Below, one piece after another: positions 29,310 through 39,753 of a stretch of DNA of 64,000 nt. A program made the position numbers and the translations under genes. Each line of letters begins with the position of its first letter. Positions within the stretch are counted from its first letter, which is position 1. Source of the stretch: Desulfatiglandales bacterium (GTDB lineage: Bacteria; Desulfobacterota; DSM-4660; Desulfatiglandales; HGW-15); NCBI GenBank assembly GCA_963667015.2, contig CAXXJJ010000004.1, positions 640,001-704,000 of the forward strand, read 5' to 3'. The notes below the pieces were generated by a model. It was not told the DNA's origin and did no database searches. It was given only the letters and a program-made list of their open reading frames with translations.

Positions 29310-32065
29310 ATGCCAGAACTGGAAATAAACCATCAGATGGTTTCATTTGAGGAAGGACAAACCATCCTGGAAGCAGCGGAAAAAAATAATATAAAAATCC
29401 CCACACTATGCTATCTGGCGGGGGCATCACCCACAGGCAGGTGCCGTATCTGCCTGGTCCAGGTTGAAGGAAGCGACAGGCTGCTCACCGCATGTGATAC
29501 TCCGGCAGGGGAAGGCATGAAAATATTAACCGAAAGCCCTGCAGTCAAAGCGGCCCGAAAAACAAATATTGAAATGCTGGTTGCCTCCGGCGCTCATAAT
29601 TGTCTCATAATGGATCAATCCCAGGATAACTGGACCCAGAGCCAGCTAAAGACCATGGAACAGCCATGGCATAATATAATGTGCCCTTCATATGGTGACT
29701 GCCGCCTTCAGGATCTTGCCATAGAATACGGTGTCAGGGCTGATGATCTTGAACTTCAGTACGAAGGACATCCCCTTGATGATGAAACCCCTATGATCGT
29801 AAGGGATTTCAGCCGCTGCATAGGCTGCGGACGCTGTATTCAGGCATGTAATGAGATACAGGTAAACAGGGCAATTCCAGAACATTATGGCGCAAGGAAA
29901 GACCACCCGGAAGGATGGTATCCGGTGGTAGACTATGAACACTGCACCCATTGCGGCCAGTGCGTGCAGGTCTGCCCGACAGGTGCACTATTTGAAAAAA
30001 AGGCATTTGGGATGTCTCCTTCCAATGGAACCCATAAAGTGCGCACTACCTGTCCCTACTGCGGTGTGGGATGCCAGCAGTGGCTTCACATGGATGGTGA
30101 CAGGATAATAAAAGTAACAGCGGTTGAAAACGGTGCTCCCAATATGGGGAGATTGTGCGTCAAGGGCCGCTTCGGATACGATTTTATCTATTCAGAAGAA
30201 AGGCTTAAAACACCTTTAATACGAGAAGGTGATGGATTCAGGAGGCCTCCTGGGATGAAGCACTGGACCTGGTAGCTGATAAATTTAAGGAAATAATCAA
30301 AGAACATGGTCCTGATGCAATTGCCGGTGTGAGCTGCGCCAGGAGTATTAATGAAGATTCCTATCAGATGCAGAAACTTTTCAGGGCGGTGTTTAAAACC
30401 AACAATATAGACCACTGTGCGCGGACTTGACACGCTCCTACTGTCGCAGGTCTTGCGACAAGTTTCGGGTCAGGAGCCATGACCAATTCCTTCAGCGAGT
30501 TTGCCAGGGCAAAGATGTTCTTTGTTATAGGCTCCAATATGGCCGAGGCGCATCCTGTTGCAGCAACATTTGTTAAAAATGCTGTTATGAACGGAGCCGA
30601 ACTCATAGTGGTTGATCCGCGTAAACATATACTTGCAGACCATGCATCTTTGTATGTACCGATAAAAGTGGGCAGTGATATAGCTTTCCTTAACAGCCTT
30701 ATGCACGTAATTATTACCGAAAATCTTTATGATAAGAAATTCGTAAGCTCCTGCTGTACAGGATTTGAAGAACTCAAAGAAAAGGTAATGGAATATCCTC
30801 CTGAAAGAGGAGCGGAGATTGCCGGGATAAGCACAGATCTTCTAAAAGAAACCGCAAGAAAACTTGCCAGTGTGAAACCGGCAATGTTGTGCTACACCCT
30901 TGGAATAACAGAACACAGCTGCGGAAAAAACAATGTAATGTCTGTTGCCAATCTTCAGATGCTTCTGGGTAATATGGGAGTCGAGTGCGGAGGAGTTAAT
31001 CCCCTGAGAGGCCAGAATAATGTTCAGGGTGCGTGTGATATGGGCGCCCTGCCCAATGTATTTCACGGCTACCAGAAGGTTATAGACCTGGCTTCAAGAA
31101 ATAAATTCGAAAAGGCCTGGGGAGTTGAAAAACTTCCGGGTGAAAATGGTTTGATGATACCTGCAATGATGGAAGGCCTGACAGATGGATCAGTAAGGGC
31201 CTTTTATATATTCGGTGAAAATCTCGCCAATACAGAACCTGATATTAAACATGTGGAACACTGTCTTGAAAGTGCCGAGTTTATCGTATGCCAGGATATA
31301 TTCCCAAATGAGACAACAAGATTCGCAGATGTAATTTTCCCGTCAGCAGCATGGTGTGAGGATGAAGGTACATTTACAAACAGTGAACGCCGTGTAAATC
31401 TAGTAAGAAAGATTAAAGAACCTCCAGGACAGGCAAAGCCAAACTGGTGGATCATGAAGCAGATTGCCAAAAGATTCGGGCATGACTGGAAGGCAAACAG
31501 CGGTAAAGATATATGGAATGACGAAATATCCGAACTTGCGCCCCAGTTTAAGGGTATCAAATACCACAGGATTGAAAATGACGGCCTTCAATGGCCCTGC
31601 CCTGACCTGAATCATGGCGGGACCTGTTTTCTTCACCAGGATGGTCAGTTTGCATGCGGCCTGGGTGTGTTTTCACCGGTTGAATGGACCCCTCCCAGGG
31701 AAATCCCTGACAAAGAATATCCCATGGTACTCAGTACAGGTCGAAGATTATACCATTATCACACTAGGACGCAGACAGGAAGATCAGGCGGCCTGAATGA
31801 TCTTCTGGGTGAGGAAACAGCAGATATTTCACCACTTGACGCAGAATCTCTTGGTGTAAGTCATAATGAAAAGATCCGTGTTATTTCCCGGAGAGGCAGT
31901 GTTGAGGTAAAGGCCAATGTTACTCCCCGTGTTCCTAAAGGCATGGTATGGATGGCCTTTCATTTCAGGGAAGGCTGTGCCAACTGGCTTACCAATCCTG
32001 TGTATGATCCCGAGACACAAACGGCTGAGTATAAGGCATGTTCGGTTCGCCTGGAAAAAATATGA
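29310..32065 (+). CDS. fdhA: Selenocysteine-containing formate dehydrogenase alpha subunit (2Fe-2S/4Fe-4S N-terminal domains plus Mo/W-bisPGD domain), frameshifted at about 30241 as sequenced
   Basis: CPYCGVGC...LCVKGRFG. A -1 shift restores FREASWDEALD. In-frame TGA at 30428-30430 lies in DHCART-U-HAPTVAGL. PLRGQNNVQG and TAEYKACSV follow. Confidence 0.9.
30442..30460 (+). promoter_or_regulatory. Bacterial SECIS element
   Basis: Stem TGTCGCA/TGCGACA with loop GGTCT starts 11 nt after the UGA, matching the fdhF-type apical loop and spacing. Confidence 0.85.
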
Positions 32066-32072
32066 AAAAACA

Positions 32073-32330
32073 GGCACAGGGCGCTAGGCGCAAGGCTAAA
32101 CAATAGGATTGCAATCTGTAGGAGCACGCTCCGCCGTCGTTGAAACTATGTCAGGACAGGCGCTTCGTGCCCATGACAGGATGTGCATATATGATATACA
32201 GGGAGGTCTGATTTAGGGATAGAATTAAAATAATACAATCTATGCGGGCGGACACGCAGGTCCGCCCATTCTACGAGAATCAGATAATCCTGTTTTTTAT
32301 TTTGTAAGGACAGACCTGTGTGTCTGCCCG
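32073..32330. repeat. Cluster of REP-like hairpins and a 7-mer tandem repeat between convergent genes
   Basis: GGCACAG-GGCGCTA-GGCGCAA; GTAGGAGCACG...CGTGCCC; GGGCGGACACGCAGGTCCGCCC; GTAAGGACAGACCTGTGTGTCTGCCC. Confidence 0.6.
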
Positions 32331-32348
32331 CTATCGAATGGATGGAAA

Positions 32349-33788
32349 CTAATTAAAATCCACCACCATCATCTTAATTCTGGTATATTCTTCCAGACCA
32401 TACATGGAATTTTCTTTCCCGAAACCGCTTTCTTTAAATCCGCCCCACGGGGTTTCACCGGATACCAGTCTCCCGGTATTTACACCTACTGCACCCGCGT
32501 CAATTTTTGATGCGATTTTCAGACCGCGTTTGATATCTTTTGTCCAGACGGTTCCGCAGAGACCAAACTCGGTATCATTTGCAGAAGCAGTCACTTCTTC
32601 ATCAGAGGAAAACTTTACACATACACCAACCGGTCCGAAGATCTCTTCCCTGAAAATTGTCATATGGGGTTTGACGTCGGAAAAGACAGTCGGCATGACA
32701 TAATAGCCTTTGTCAAAGGCTGATCCTAGGGGCCGCTCCCCACCCAGCAGGATTTTAGCGCCCTCTTCTATTCCGGATTTGATATATCTTTCCACCCTGT
32801 TCCGGTGTTCTTCACTTACAACCGGACCCATTTCGGTTTTTTCATCATGGGGATCTCCCACAACAATTTTTTTCATGGCTGCAACAAATTTCTCCACAAA
32901 TTGATCGTGGATTTTTTCATGCAGGTAGTAACGCCCCGGAGACGCGCATACCATCCCGGAATTATTACAGGTCGAACGGGCTGCCTGAATCGCCAGCTCA
33001 TCGATATCGGCATCATCCAGCACAATGAATGGATTTTTGCCGCCCAGTTCCATATGGAGCCGTTTCAGGTTGCAGCTTGCGGATGCCATCAGGCTTTTAC
33101 CGGTTTCCGAACTTCCGGTAAAGGATATGAATTCAATGTCCCGGTGTTTTGCGATTGCTTCGCCGACACTGTGGCCGGGACCAGTAACGATATTGACCAC
33201 GCCGGGCGGGACACCGCAGGAATCCAGTATTTCAGCAAACACCAGTGTTACCAGTGAGCTGATGCTTGCAGGCTTCATGATGCAGGTATTCCCGGTAGCC
33301 AGGCAGGCGCCCAGTTTTGAGGTCACCATCAGAATCGGTGAGTTCCATGGGATGACCAGGCCGCAGACACCGATAGGCTGCCTTTCCAGGGTATAAATGG
33401 CATTCGGTCTCATGGGAACGGAATCACCCATCAGGGCGCGGGCAGCGCTGGCCGTGTATCTCAAATTGGATACGCCGGCATGTTCCCACATTCGGCCCAG
33501 AGAAATGGGTGTGCCATGATCCATGACATCAAGCTGGGCCAGTTCCTCTGATCGTCTGTCCAGCTCATCCGCAATGCGATTGATGATATTCGAACGCTCG
33601 GCCATGGATCTGGCAGACCATTCGGGAAACGCGGCCCTGGCCGCCGCAACGGCTTTATCGACATCTTCGGCATTGCCTAATGGAATCTCCCCAACAATTT
33701 CACCATTGGCCGGGTTTTTCGTCAAATAGGTTTTACCAGAAATTGCGTCTGTGAATTGCCCGTTAATATACATTTTGTAAGTGTTCAT
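32349..33788 (-). CDS. NAD(P)-dependent aldehyde dehydrogenase
   Basis: IPWNSP, FTGSSETG, MELGGKNP, GMVC, EEIFGPV, PWGGFKESG. Confidence 0.95.
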   Translation of the reverse strand: MNTYKMYINGQFTDAISGKTYLTKNPANGEIVGEIPLGNAEDVDKAVAAARAAFPEWSARSMAERSNIINRIADELDRRSEELAQLDVMDHGTPISLGRMWEHAGVSNLRYTASAARALMGDSVPMRPNAIYTLERQPIGVCGLVIPWNSPILMVTSKLGACLATGNTCIMKPASISSLVTLVFAEILDSCGVPPGVVNIVTGPGHSVGEAIAKHRDIEFISFTGSSETGKSLMASASCNLKRLHMELGGKNPFIVLDDADIDELAIQAARSTCNNSGMVCASPGRYYLHEKIHDQFVEKFVAAMKKIVVGDPHDEKTEMGPVVSEEHRNRVERYIKSGIEEGAKILLGGERPLGSAFDKGYYVMPTVFSDVKPHMTIFREEIFGPVGVCVKFSSDEEVTASANDTEFGLCGTVWTKDIKRGLKIASKIDAGAVGVNTGRLVSGETPWGGFKESGFGKENSMYGLEEYTRIKMMVVDFN

Positions 33789-33797
33789 CTCATCTCC

Positions 33798-34970
33798 TCA
33801 GTTCTGTGTGTTCAGTGTATGGCTATCGATTTCGGTCATTGCCTCGATTGCAGAATCTACATGTTCAACTGTGTTAAAGGGCCCGAAACTGAATCTTATT
33901 GCCCCGTATGGAAACGTCCCTATATTCTTATGAACATGGGGAGCACAATGCAGGCCGGTTCTGACTGCAATATTGAAATCCGCATCAAGGATAGATCCCG
34001 CATCACCGGGGTTCATTCCCCTTATATTTAAGGTTAAGATAGCAGCATGGTTTTCGGTATTATCCGCGCAGTAACATTCTACTGTTTCGAGGTTCGCCAG
34101 ACCATCCCGCAACTTGTTATATAATTTCATCTCCTTTTGATGGATGGTCTCCATTCCAATATTTTCAATATATTTGAGTCCTTCGGAAAGACCGATTATT
34201 CCAATCAGGTTGCCGGTACCTGCTTCAAGTCGATGTGGATATGACAGGTTATGAATAGGACTTTCCGAATCAATTCCTGTACCGCCGAAGCGTGTGGGAT
34301 CTATTTCGAGATCAGGGCTTACCGCAAGACCTCCTGTACCGGTTGGACCAAGCAGAGACTTATGCCCTGTAAAGGCAACAGCGCTTATATTCATCTCTTC
34401 CATGTCTATGGGGATAACACCGGCACTCTGTGCCGCATCAATAACCAGAGGCACTCCCTTTTTAAAACAGATATCCCCTATTTCCCTTACTGGCTGTATT
34501 GTACCAAGGACATTGGAGACATGGTTTATAATTACAAGCCTGGTATTGGCTTTTATTACCCGTTCAATATCATCCGGGCCTACAAACCCGTTGCTGTCAA
34601 AATCTACCAGGTCATAATCTATAATTCCCTTTTCTTTCAGGTGATAGAGAGGTCTGAGCACGGAATTATGTTCCAGTCTTGTTGAGACAACATGATCGCC
34701 TTTTTCAACTATGCCCTGCAGGGCAATATTAAGAGAGTCGGTAGCATTGGAAGCAAAAACCACCCTCTCAGGATCAGGCGCATTAAACAGCCGTGCAAGT
34801 CTGGTCCTTGTATCAAAGACAATATCCTCTGCCTCAAAGGCAAGGTCATAACTGCCCCTGCCCGGTGATACTCCTTTTTTTTTGAATACTTCAACCATGC
34901 GCTCAAGGGCGCCTTCCGGTTTGGGAAAGGTAGTTGCTGCATTATCAAGATAAACAATATCGGAACTCAT
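33798..34970 (-). CDS. Cysteine desulfurase / selenocysteine lyase family (class V PLP)
   Basis: YLDNAATT, EHNSV, DAAQSAG, TGHK, RTGLHCAP. Confidence 0.9.
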   Translation of the reverse strand: MSSDIVYLDNAATTFPKPEGALERMVEVFKKKGVSPGRGSYDLAFEAEDIVFDTRTRLARLFNAPDPERVVFASNATDSLNIALQGIVEKGDHVVSTRLEHNSVLRPLYHLKEKGIIDYDLVDFDSNGFVGPDDIERVIKANTRLVIINHVSNVLGTIQPVREIGDICFKKGVPLVIDAAQSAGVIPIDMEEMNISAVAFTGHKSLLGPTGTGGLAVSPDLEIDPTRFGGTGIDSESPIHNLSYPHRLEAGTGNLIGIIGLSEGLKYIENIGMETIHQKEMKLYNKLRDGLANLETVECYCADNTENHAAILTLNIRGMNPGDAGSILDADFNIAVRTGLHCAPHVHKNIGTFPYGAIRFSFGPFNTVEHVDSAIEAMTEIDSHTLNTQN

Positions 34971-34971
34971 T

Positions 34972-35340
34972 TTAATAACCGGAACATGATTTCGGGTTGG
35001 GAAGACCTGCAAAACGACGGGCGCCCAGTCTTATACCTCCGGGAAAGAGCCCCTCCATCTCCATAAAGCTAAGTCCGGTTTCTTTCTTGATATCGCGATT
35101 CATCGGCGCCCTGCCGTGGTAAAAATAAAAATCTCTTAAAAACCTGATTATCTTCCACTGGATTTCACTGAACTTTTCGACTCCGTTCTCAGCCCCGAGG
35201 ATTTCAGCGATCTCTTCTGTCCAGTCATCGGCTTTCCATAGAAAGCCCTCCCTGTCAAAAAGGATTGTTTTACCGGCAATCTCCCTGTATACCCTTGCGA
35301 GATCGCCGGTAAGGGGTTCTGATCCTTCAGACTGAACCAT
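34972..35340 (-). CDS. TusE/DsrC/DsvC-family sulfur relay protein (single C-terminal Cys)
   Basis: FDREGFL...DWTEEIA, WKIIRFLRDFY, LFPGG, ARRFAGLPNPKSC. Confidence 0.85.
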   Translation of the reverse strand: MVQSEGSEPLTGDLARVYREIAGKTILFDREGFLWKADDWTEEIAEILGAENGVEKFSEIQWKIIRFLRDFYFYHGRAPMNRDIKKETGLSFMEMEGLFPGGIRLGARRFAGLPNPKSCSGY

Positions 35341-35346
35341 TAATTA

Positions 35347-38001
35347 CTACTTTGCTGCCAGTGCAGCCTTGACCTTGTCCGGGGTTGCCGGAAGATCATG
35401 TATCCAGACACCGCAGGCATCTTTAATGGCGTTGATAACAGCCGGAGCCGTTGATACCATTGTCATTTCGCCTACTCCTATTGAACCCAGAGCACCTTTT
35501 TTACGCGGTGTTTCAAGAGGGGGAATTATCTCCATATCAAAATAGGTCTTAAAGGTCGGGAACTTGAAGGTTTTCCAATCCTTTGTCTCACCATGGATAT
35601 ATTCTTCTCTCAGTGCATAACCGACTCCCTGATCCATACCGCCTTCGAGCTGTCCTTCCAGATTCTGTGGATGAATTACCGGACCCGGATCAACAGACGT
35701 GGTCATTTTGAGTACACGGACTTCACCGGTCTCGGTATTGACTTCTACCTCGGCCATCTGGATGTTATGCACCTGGGTTTCGTATGCAGCACCCTGCCCT
35801 GTTTCAGGATCAAGATCTGCTTCTTTTGTGGTTTTTCTGCCAATATACCTGGTCGGTTTCCCGGCTTTTTTCAGGCCTTCGTATGTACTGGTACCGGCTT
35901 CTTTCATGGCAGCCTTCATCTCTTCAATACCATTTACCATGGCACCGCCAACCATATATGTAATACGGCTGCTGGCCGCAGGCCCTGTTTCTGAAGTATT
36001 TTCAGTGGTTCTTGTTACAAGTCTAACCTTATCCAGAGGAATGTCAAGCATATGTGCCGCAAGCTGTGTGAACATGGAGTCATTACCTTCTCCCGGATCG
36101 GCAGCAGCAGTATAAACTGTAATTCCGTCATCTTCATTAAGTTCGACAACAGCCACTCCCATGTCACTGGGCATTCCGATTCCGAATGAATGAGCGCCAA
36201 GACCGACTCCGCGTTTGATCTTGCCATCTTTGAATGCTGCGGCATCCTTTTTTGCCCTCTCATAGTGAGGCCTGATCAATTCACAGACCTGCGGGAATGT
36301 TGAGTCGTCAATAAGGACTATTCCGGTTGAAAGGCTGTCACCCGGCTTAAGTGAATTTTTTATCCTGAATTCAAGCGGGTCCATACCTATTTTTTCTGCC
36401 AGCATGTCCATTGCACATTCAAGGGCAAAATTGACCTGTGGCGGCCCTGCGCCTCTTGCTGCACCGCCTGCTGCGTCGTTCGTATAAACAAGTTTACCCA
36501 TTGCATCGATGTTGGGGATACTGTAAGCGCCTGAAAACATTTCTATGGCGCGACCTACAACAATAATACCCAGCAGCATATAGGCGCCGTTATTGACTAT
36601 AAAATCATTCCCATAGGCAGTGAGGTTACCGTCCTTGTCTGCTGCCAGTTTAACCTTCATTTTAAAGGGGTGCCGTTTCGGGCTTAACAGCATGGATTCA
36701 TGCAGGCCCGGCATGTATCTGACCGGTCTTTTAAAATGAAGGGCTGCCGCGCCAGATATACCTTCCGAAGTAATAGAGGCCTTTATACCAAACTGACCGC
36801 CCGAAAAGGGTTCTTCATATCTCATATTCTCATATCCGAGAGCACCCTGCAGTGCCCCCATATGTGTATGAATCATGATACTTCGTCCGGCAACAACAAG
36901 AATGGGATCTTCATCTCCTTCCAGCCAGGCACATGTAGTCTCACCCTCAAGAGGTGCCTGATGATTCATCTGTGTTGTAAACTCGGCCTCAACGACAGCG
37001 GCTGCTTCACTATAGGCCTTGGCAGCATCACCCTTGACCGAGGGCTGTTGATATACCAGATTGGGAAATTCGTCATGAACCCTTACTTCATCCGAAGCCA
37101 TTGCCTCTTCAACTGTCTTTAATACTGGCAGTTTTTCATATTCAACCTTTACTGCTTCTGCGGCCGCAATGGCCTGCTTCTGTGTTTCGGCGGCAACGAT
37201 TGCAATAGGATCACCAAGGTTTCTTACCTTTGTATCGCAAAGCACAACCTGGTCATTGAATATAAACTGGAGCCTGTTTGTCCCTTTGATATCCTTTGCG
37301 GTCATTGTACCGGCTACGCCCGGCATCTTTTCTGCCGCTGATGTATCGATTGATACTATTTTGGCATGCTCTTCAGTACTTCTTACAACAGCCAGTTCAA
37401 GCGCATTGTCAAGATGTATATCAGCACCAAACTGAGCCACACCGCATGCCTTTATCATTGATGAGGGTCTTGGATGGGAAACACCCAGTTTCGGTCCGTC
37501 AGGATCCGGACGAACCTTATCAGGGGTAGTTTCACCTCTAAGGAATTTTGATGCCAGCTTTACAGCATCTATTATCTTTCTATAACCTGTGCAGCGGCAG
37601 AGGTTACCGGACAGGGCCTTTTTTATCTCATCTTCAGAAGGATCAGGATTTTTATCAAGCAATACCTTTGTTGCCATAATCATTCCCGGAGTACAGAATC
37701 CACACTGGACTGCCCCTGCAAGAACAAAGGCCTCCTGAATAATGTGAGGATTATCAGGAGTACCAAGTCCTTCAATCGTGACAATATCAGCACCTTCCAG
37801 TTTAACAACCTTGGTTACACATGATTTTACTGCCTTTTTATTGACTATTACCGTACATGCTCCGCACTGCCCTTTTCTGTCACATGACTGTTTTGCACCT
37901 GTAAGATGCAGATCTTCACGAAGAAGATCAAGCAATACCTTATCCGGTTCGACAATAAAGTCATATTGACGTCCATTTATTTTCAACGAAACTTTTTGCA
38001 T
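35347..38001 (-). CDS. mop: Molybdopterin aldehyde oxidoreductase (xanthine oxidase family, 2x[2Fe-2S] plus Moco domains, Mop-like)
   Basis: SCDRKGQCGAC, QCGFCTPG, NLCRCTGY, GGQFGIK, ARGAG.PQ, GVGE; no FAD domain. Confidence 0.9.
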   Translation of the reverse strand: MQKVSLKINGRQYDFIVEPDKVLLDLLREDLHLTGAKQSCDRKGQCGACTVIVNKKAVKSCVTKVVKLEGADIVTIEGLGTPDNPHIIQEAFVLAGAVQCGFCTPGMIMATKVLLDKNPDPSEDEIKKALSGNLCRCTGYRKIIDAVKLASKFLRGETTPDKVRPDPDGPKLGVSHPRPSSMIKACGVAQFGADIHLDNALELAVVRSTEEHAKIVSIDTSAAEKMPGVAGTMTAKDIKGTNRLQFIFNDQVVLCDTKVRNLGDPIAIVAAETQKQAIAAAEAVKVEYEKLPVLKTVEEAMASDEVRVHDEFPNLVYQQPSVKGDAAKAYSEAAAVVEAEFTTQMNHQAPLEGETTCAWLEGDEDPILVVAGRSIMIHTHMGALQGALGYENMRYEEPFSGGQFGIKASITSEGISGAAALHFKRPVRYMPGLHESMLLSPKRHPFKMKVKLAADKDGNLTAYGNDFIVNNGAYMLLGIIVVGRAIEMFSGAYSIPNIDAMGKLVYTNDAAGGAARGAGPPQVNFALECAMDMLAEKIGMDPLEFRIKNSLKPGDSLSTGIVLIDDSTFPQVCELIRPHYERAKKDAAAFKDGKIKRGVGLGAHSFGIGMPSDMGVAVVELNEDDGITVYTAAADPGEGNDSMFTQLAAHMLDIPLDKVRLVTRTTENTSETGPAASSRITYMVGGAMVNGIEEMKAAMKEAGTSTYEGLKKAGKPTRYIGRKTTKEADLDPETGQGAAYETQVHNIQMAEVEVNTETGEVRVLKMTTSVDPGPVIHPQNLEGQLEGGMDQGVGYALREEYIHGETKDWKTFKFPTFKTYFDMEIIPPLETPRKKGALGSIGVGEMTMVSTAPAVINAIKDACGVWIHDLPATPDKVKAALAAK

Positions 38002-38103
38002 AAATTACCCTCCTTAATATTAGGCTATTTAGATTCCTGAATATGAACTACGAATAAACAGACAGAAGCTTCTTAAAGAAAGGATTTCACTTCTTTGCTT
38101 CTG

Positions 38104-38370
38104 TTAAATTATTTTTAAATCGTTCCTGCGGATTTCATGACTAAGCTGATTAATCGCCTTTTCAAAGGATTTTACGGCAATTGTTTCAGGAGAGTTTCTC
38201 AGAACCTGCTTTGCAAGCGGGCACGATGTATTGTGAATAAAGTCCAATATTATATTTATTGCGGCATCATTAAGGTCTTCTACCATTCTGAAACAGCGTG
38301 TAAAGATTTCCTCTTCTTTCTCAGGTGTTACATCCAGTGATGCCAATCCCCGTCTAACTTCACCTTCCAT
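38104..38370 (-). CDS. Hypothetical protein (88 aa)
   Basis: GGGAGA RBS before ATG 38370. The longer tracked start lies in AT-rich intergenic DNA. Confidence 0.55.
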   Translation of the reverse strand: MEGEVRRGLASLDVTPEKEEEIFTRCFRMVEDLNDAAINIILDFIHNTSCPLAKQVLRNSPETIAVKSFEKAINQLSHEIRRNDLKII

Positions 38371-38572
38371 TATTTCTCCCACTTGAAAATCAGAGTTATA
38401 TATCGATATTGATACATTTATATATCGCAATAGACACAACTTTATATCAGTGTCGATACAACAAATCAAAAAAAAATTCAAATCCTTTATTAATATATTT
38501 CGCCTGGCAGAAATAAATCCATGAAAAATGCTGTTAAAGAAGTTCACCCTTCACAGTCAATTTCTTTTTACT

Positions 38573-38689
38573 TTGATAATTTATCACTAATTATTACTGT
38601 TTATTACCATTAATAACTATAATCTGAGTTTAAAATAAAAATTGAAAATTTATCACCCTATTGACGTGAACAGACTTTATATTTATACT
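38573..38689 (+). promoter_or_regulatory. ABC operon promoter with two 15-bp palindromic boxes
   Basis: TTGATAATTTATCAC (38573-38587) and TTGAAAATTTATCAC (38642-38656); TTGACG, 17 bp, TATACT at 38661-38689. Confidence 0.55.
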
Positions 38690-38747
38690 CCATTTTTTTA
38701 AAATAAGATTTAAAGATCTATAATAATTAAATTTTTCAGGAAGACGT

Positions 38748-39752
38748 TTGAAAAAAAGATTAAAAGCTCTGCCTCTGCTGTTATTACCCGCCCTATTCAT
38801 TCTGGTATCCCTGTGTATCGGAAGATATCCTGTATCGTTATTAAAGGTAATTGAGATAATTATTAATGGTGTTTCAGGTAACATTGATGCAGCAAATGAC
38901 TTATACCGGAATATTATATGGGAGATCAGGCTGCCGAGGGCTATCCTCGGAGCCCTTGTCGGCGGAGCCCTGGGTATAAGCGGGGCGTCACTCCAGGGGC
39001 TGTTTAAAAATCCGCTTGTAAGCCCGGGGATACTTGGAGTCAGCTCCGGTGCAGGTTTTGGTGCTTCTGTTGCCATACTTTTATTCGGCGCAACCACTGC
39101 CGTCTATCCCTTTGCTCTGGGCTTTGGAATACTCGCAGTGTTTTTAAGCTATCTTATAGGAAGAACATATAACACTACACCAACCATAATGCTTGTACTG
39201 GGCGGCGTTATCGTATCCTCCATTTTTTCTGCCCTGATATCCTTTGCAAAGTATGTAGCAGACCCCTATGAGCAGCTTCCTTCCATTGTTTTCTGGATGA
39301 TGGGCTCTCTGGCAAATGCAGGCTATAAAGATATTATTACTGCCGGTCCGATCATAATTGCAGGCTCCCTTGGGATATACCTGATAAGATGGCGAATCAA
39401 TGTTCTTTCCATGGGAGATAAGGAGGCCCGGACTCTGGGTATTGACACCCGGATCGCAAAGGGAATTATAGTAACAAGCGCTACCCTTGCCACAGCCGGG
39501 GCTGTGTGTGTGAGCGGCACAATAGGCTGGGTAGGCTTGATAATACCTCATATAGGCCGGATGCTTGTTGGAAATGACAACAGGATACTGATACCGGTTT
39601 CTTTTTCACTGGGAGCGTGCTTTCTTATTCTTGTCGATAATATCAGCAGATCTATAACAGGCTCTGAGATCCCCCTTGGAATACTTACTTCACTTATAGG
39701 CGGCCCGTTTTTTATCTATCTTTTAAAAAAGACAAAGGCCAGGGGGTGGTAA
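38748..39752 (+). CDS. FecCD/BtuC-family ABC permease
   Basis: IRLPRAI, QGLFKNPLVSPGILGVSSGA, GTIGWVGLIIPH, EIPLG. Confidence 0.92.
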   Translation: MKKRLKALPLLLLPALFILVSLCIGRYPVSLLKVIEIIINGVSGNIDAANDLYRNIIWEIRLPRAILGALVGGALGISGASLQGLFKNPLVSPGILGVSSGAGFGASVAILLFGATTAVYPFALGFGILAVFLSYLIGRTYNTTPTIMLVLGGVIVSSIFSALISFAKYVADPYEQLPSIVFWMMGSLANAGYKDIITAGPIIIAGSLGIYLIRWRINVLSMGDKEARTLGIDTRIAKGIIVTSATLATAGAVCVSGTIGWVGLIIPHIGRMLVGNDNRILIPVSFSLGACFLILVDNISRSITGSEIPLGILTSLIGGPFFIYLLKKTKARGW

Positions 39753-39753
39753 G

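Noticed and set aside
30236..30250. Programmed ribosomal frameshift in fdhA
   Set aside because: No X-XXY-YYZ slippery site; a single missing G explains the shift.
34972..35340. True DsrC of dissimilatory sulfite reduction
   Set aside because: It lacks the second conserved C-terminal Cys, and no dsr genes are nearby.
38395..38430. ModE box (TATATA half-sites)
   Set aside because: Half-site spacing is much longer than the known consensus.
38548..38747. Cobalamin or Moco riboswitch before the ABC transporter
   Set aside because: Very AT-rich, with no B12-box or structured GC core visible.
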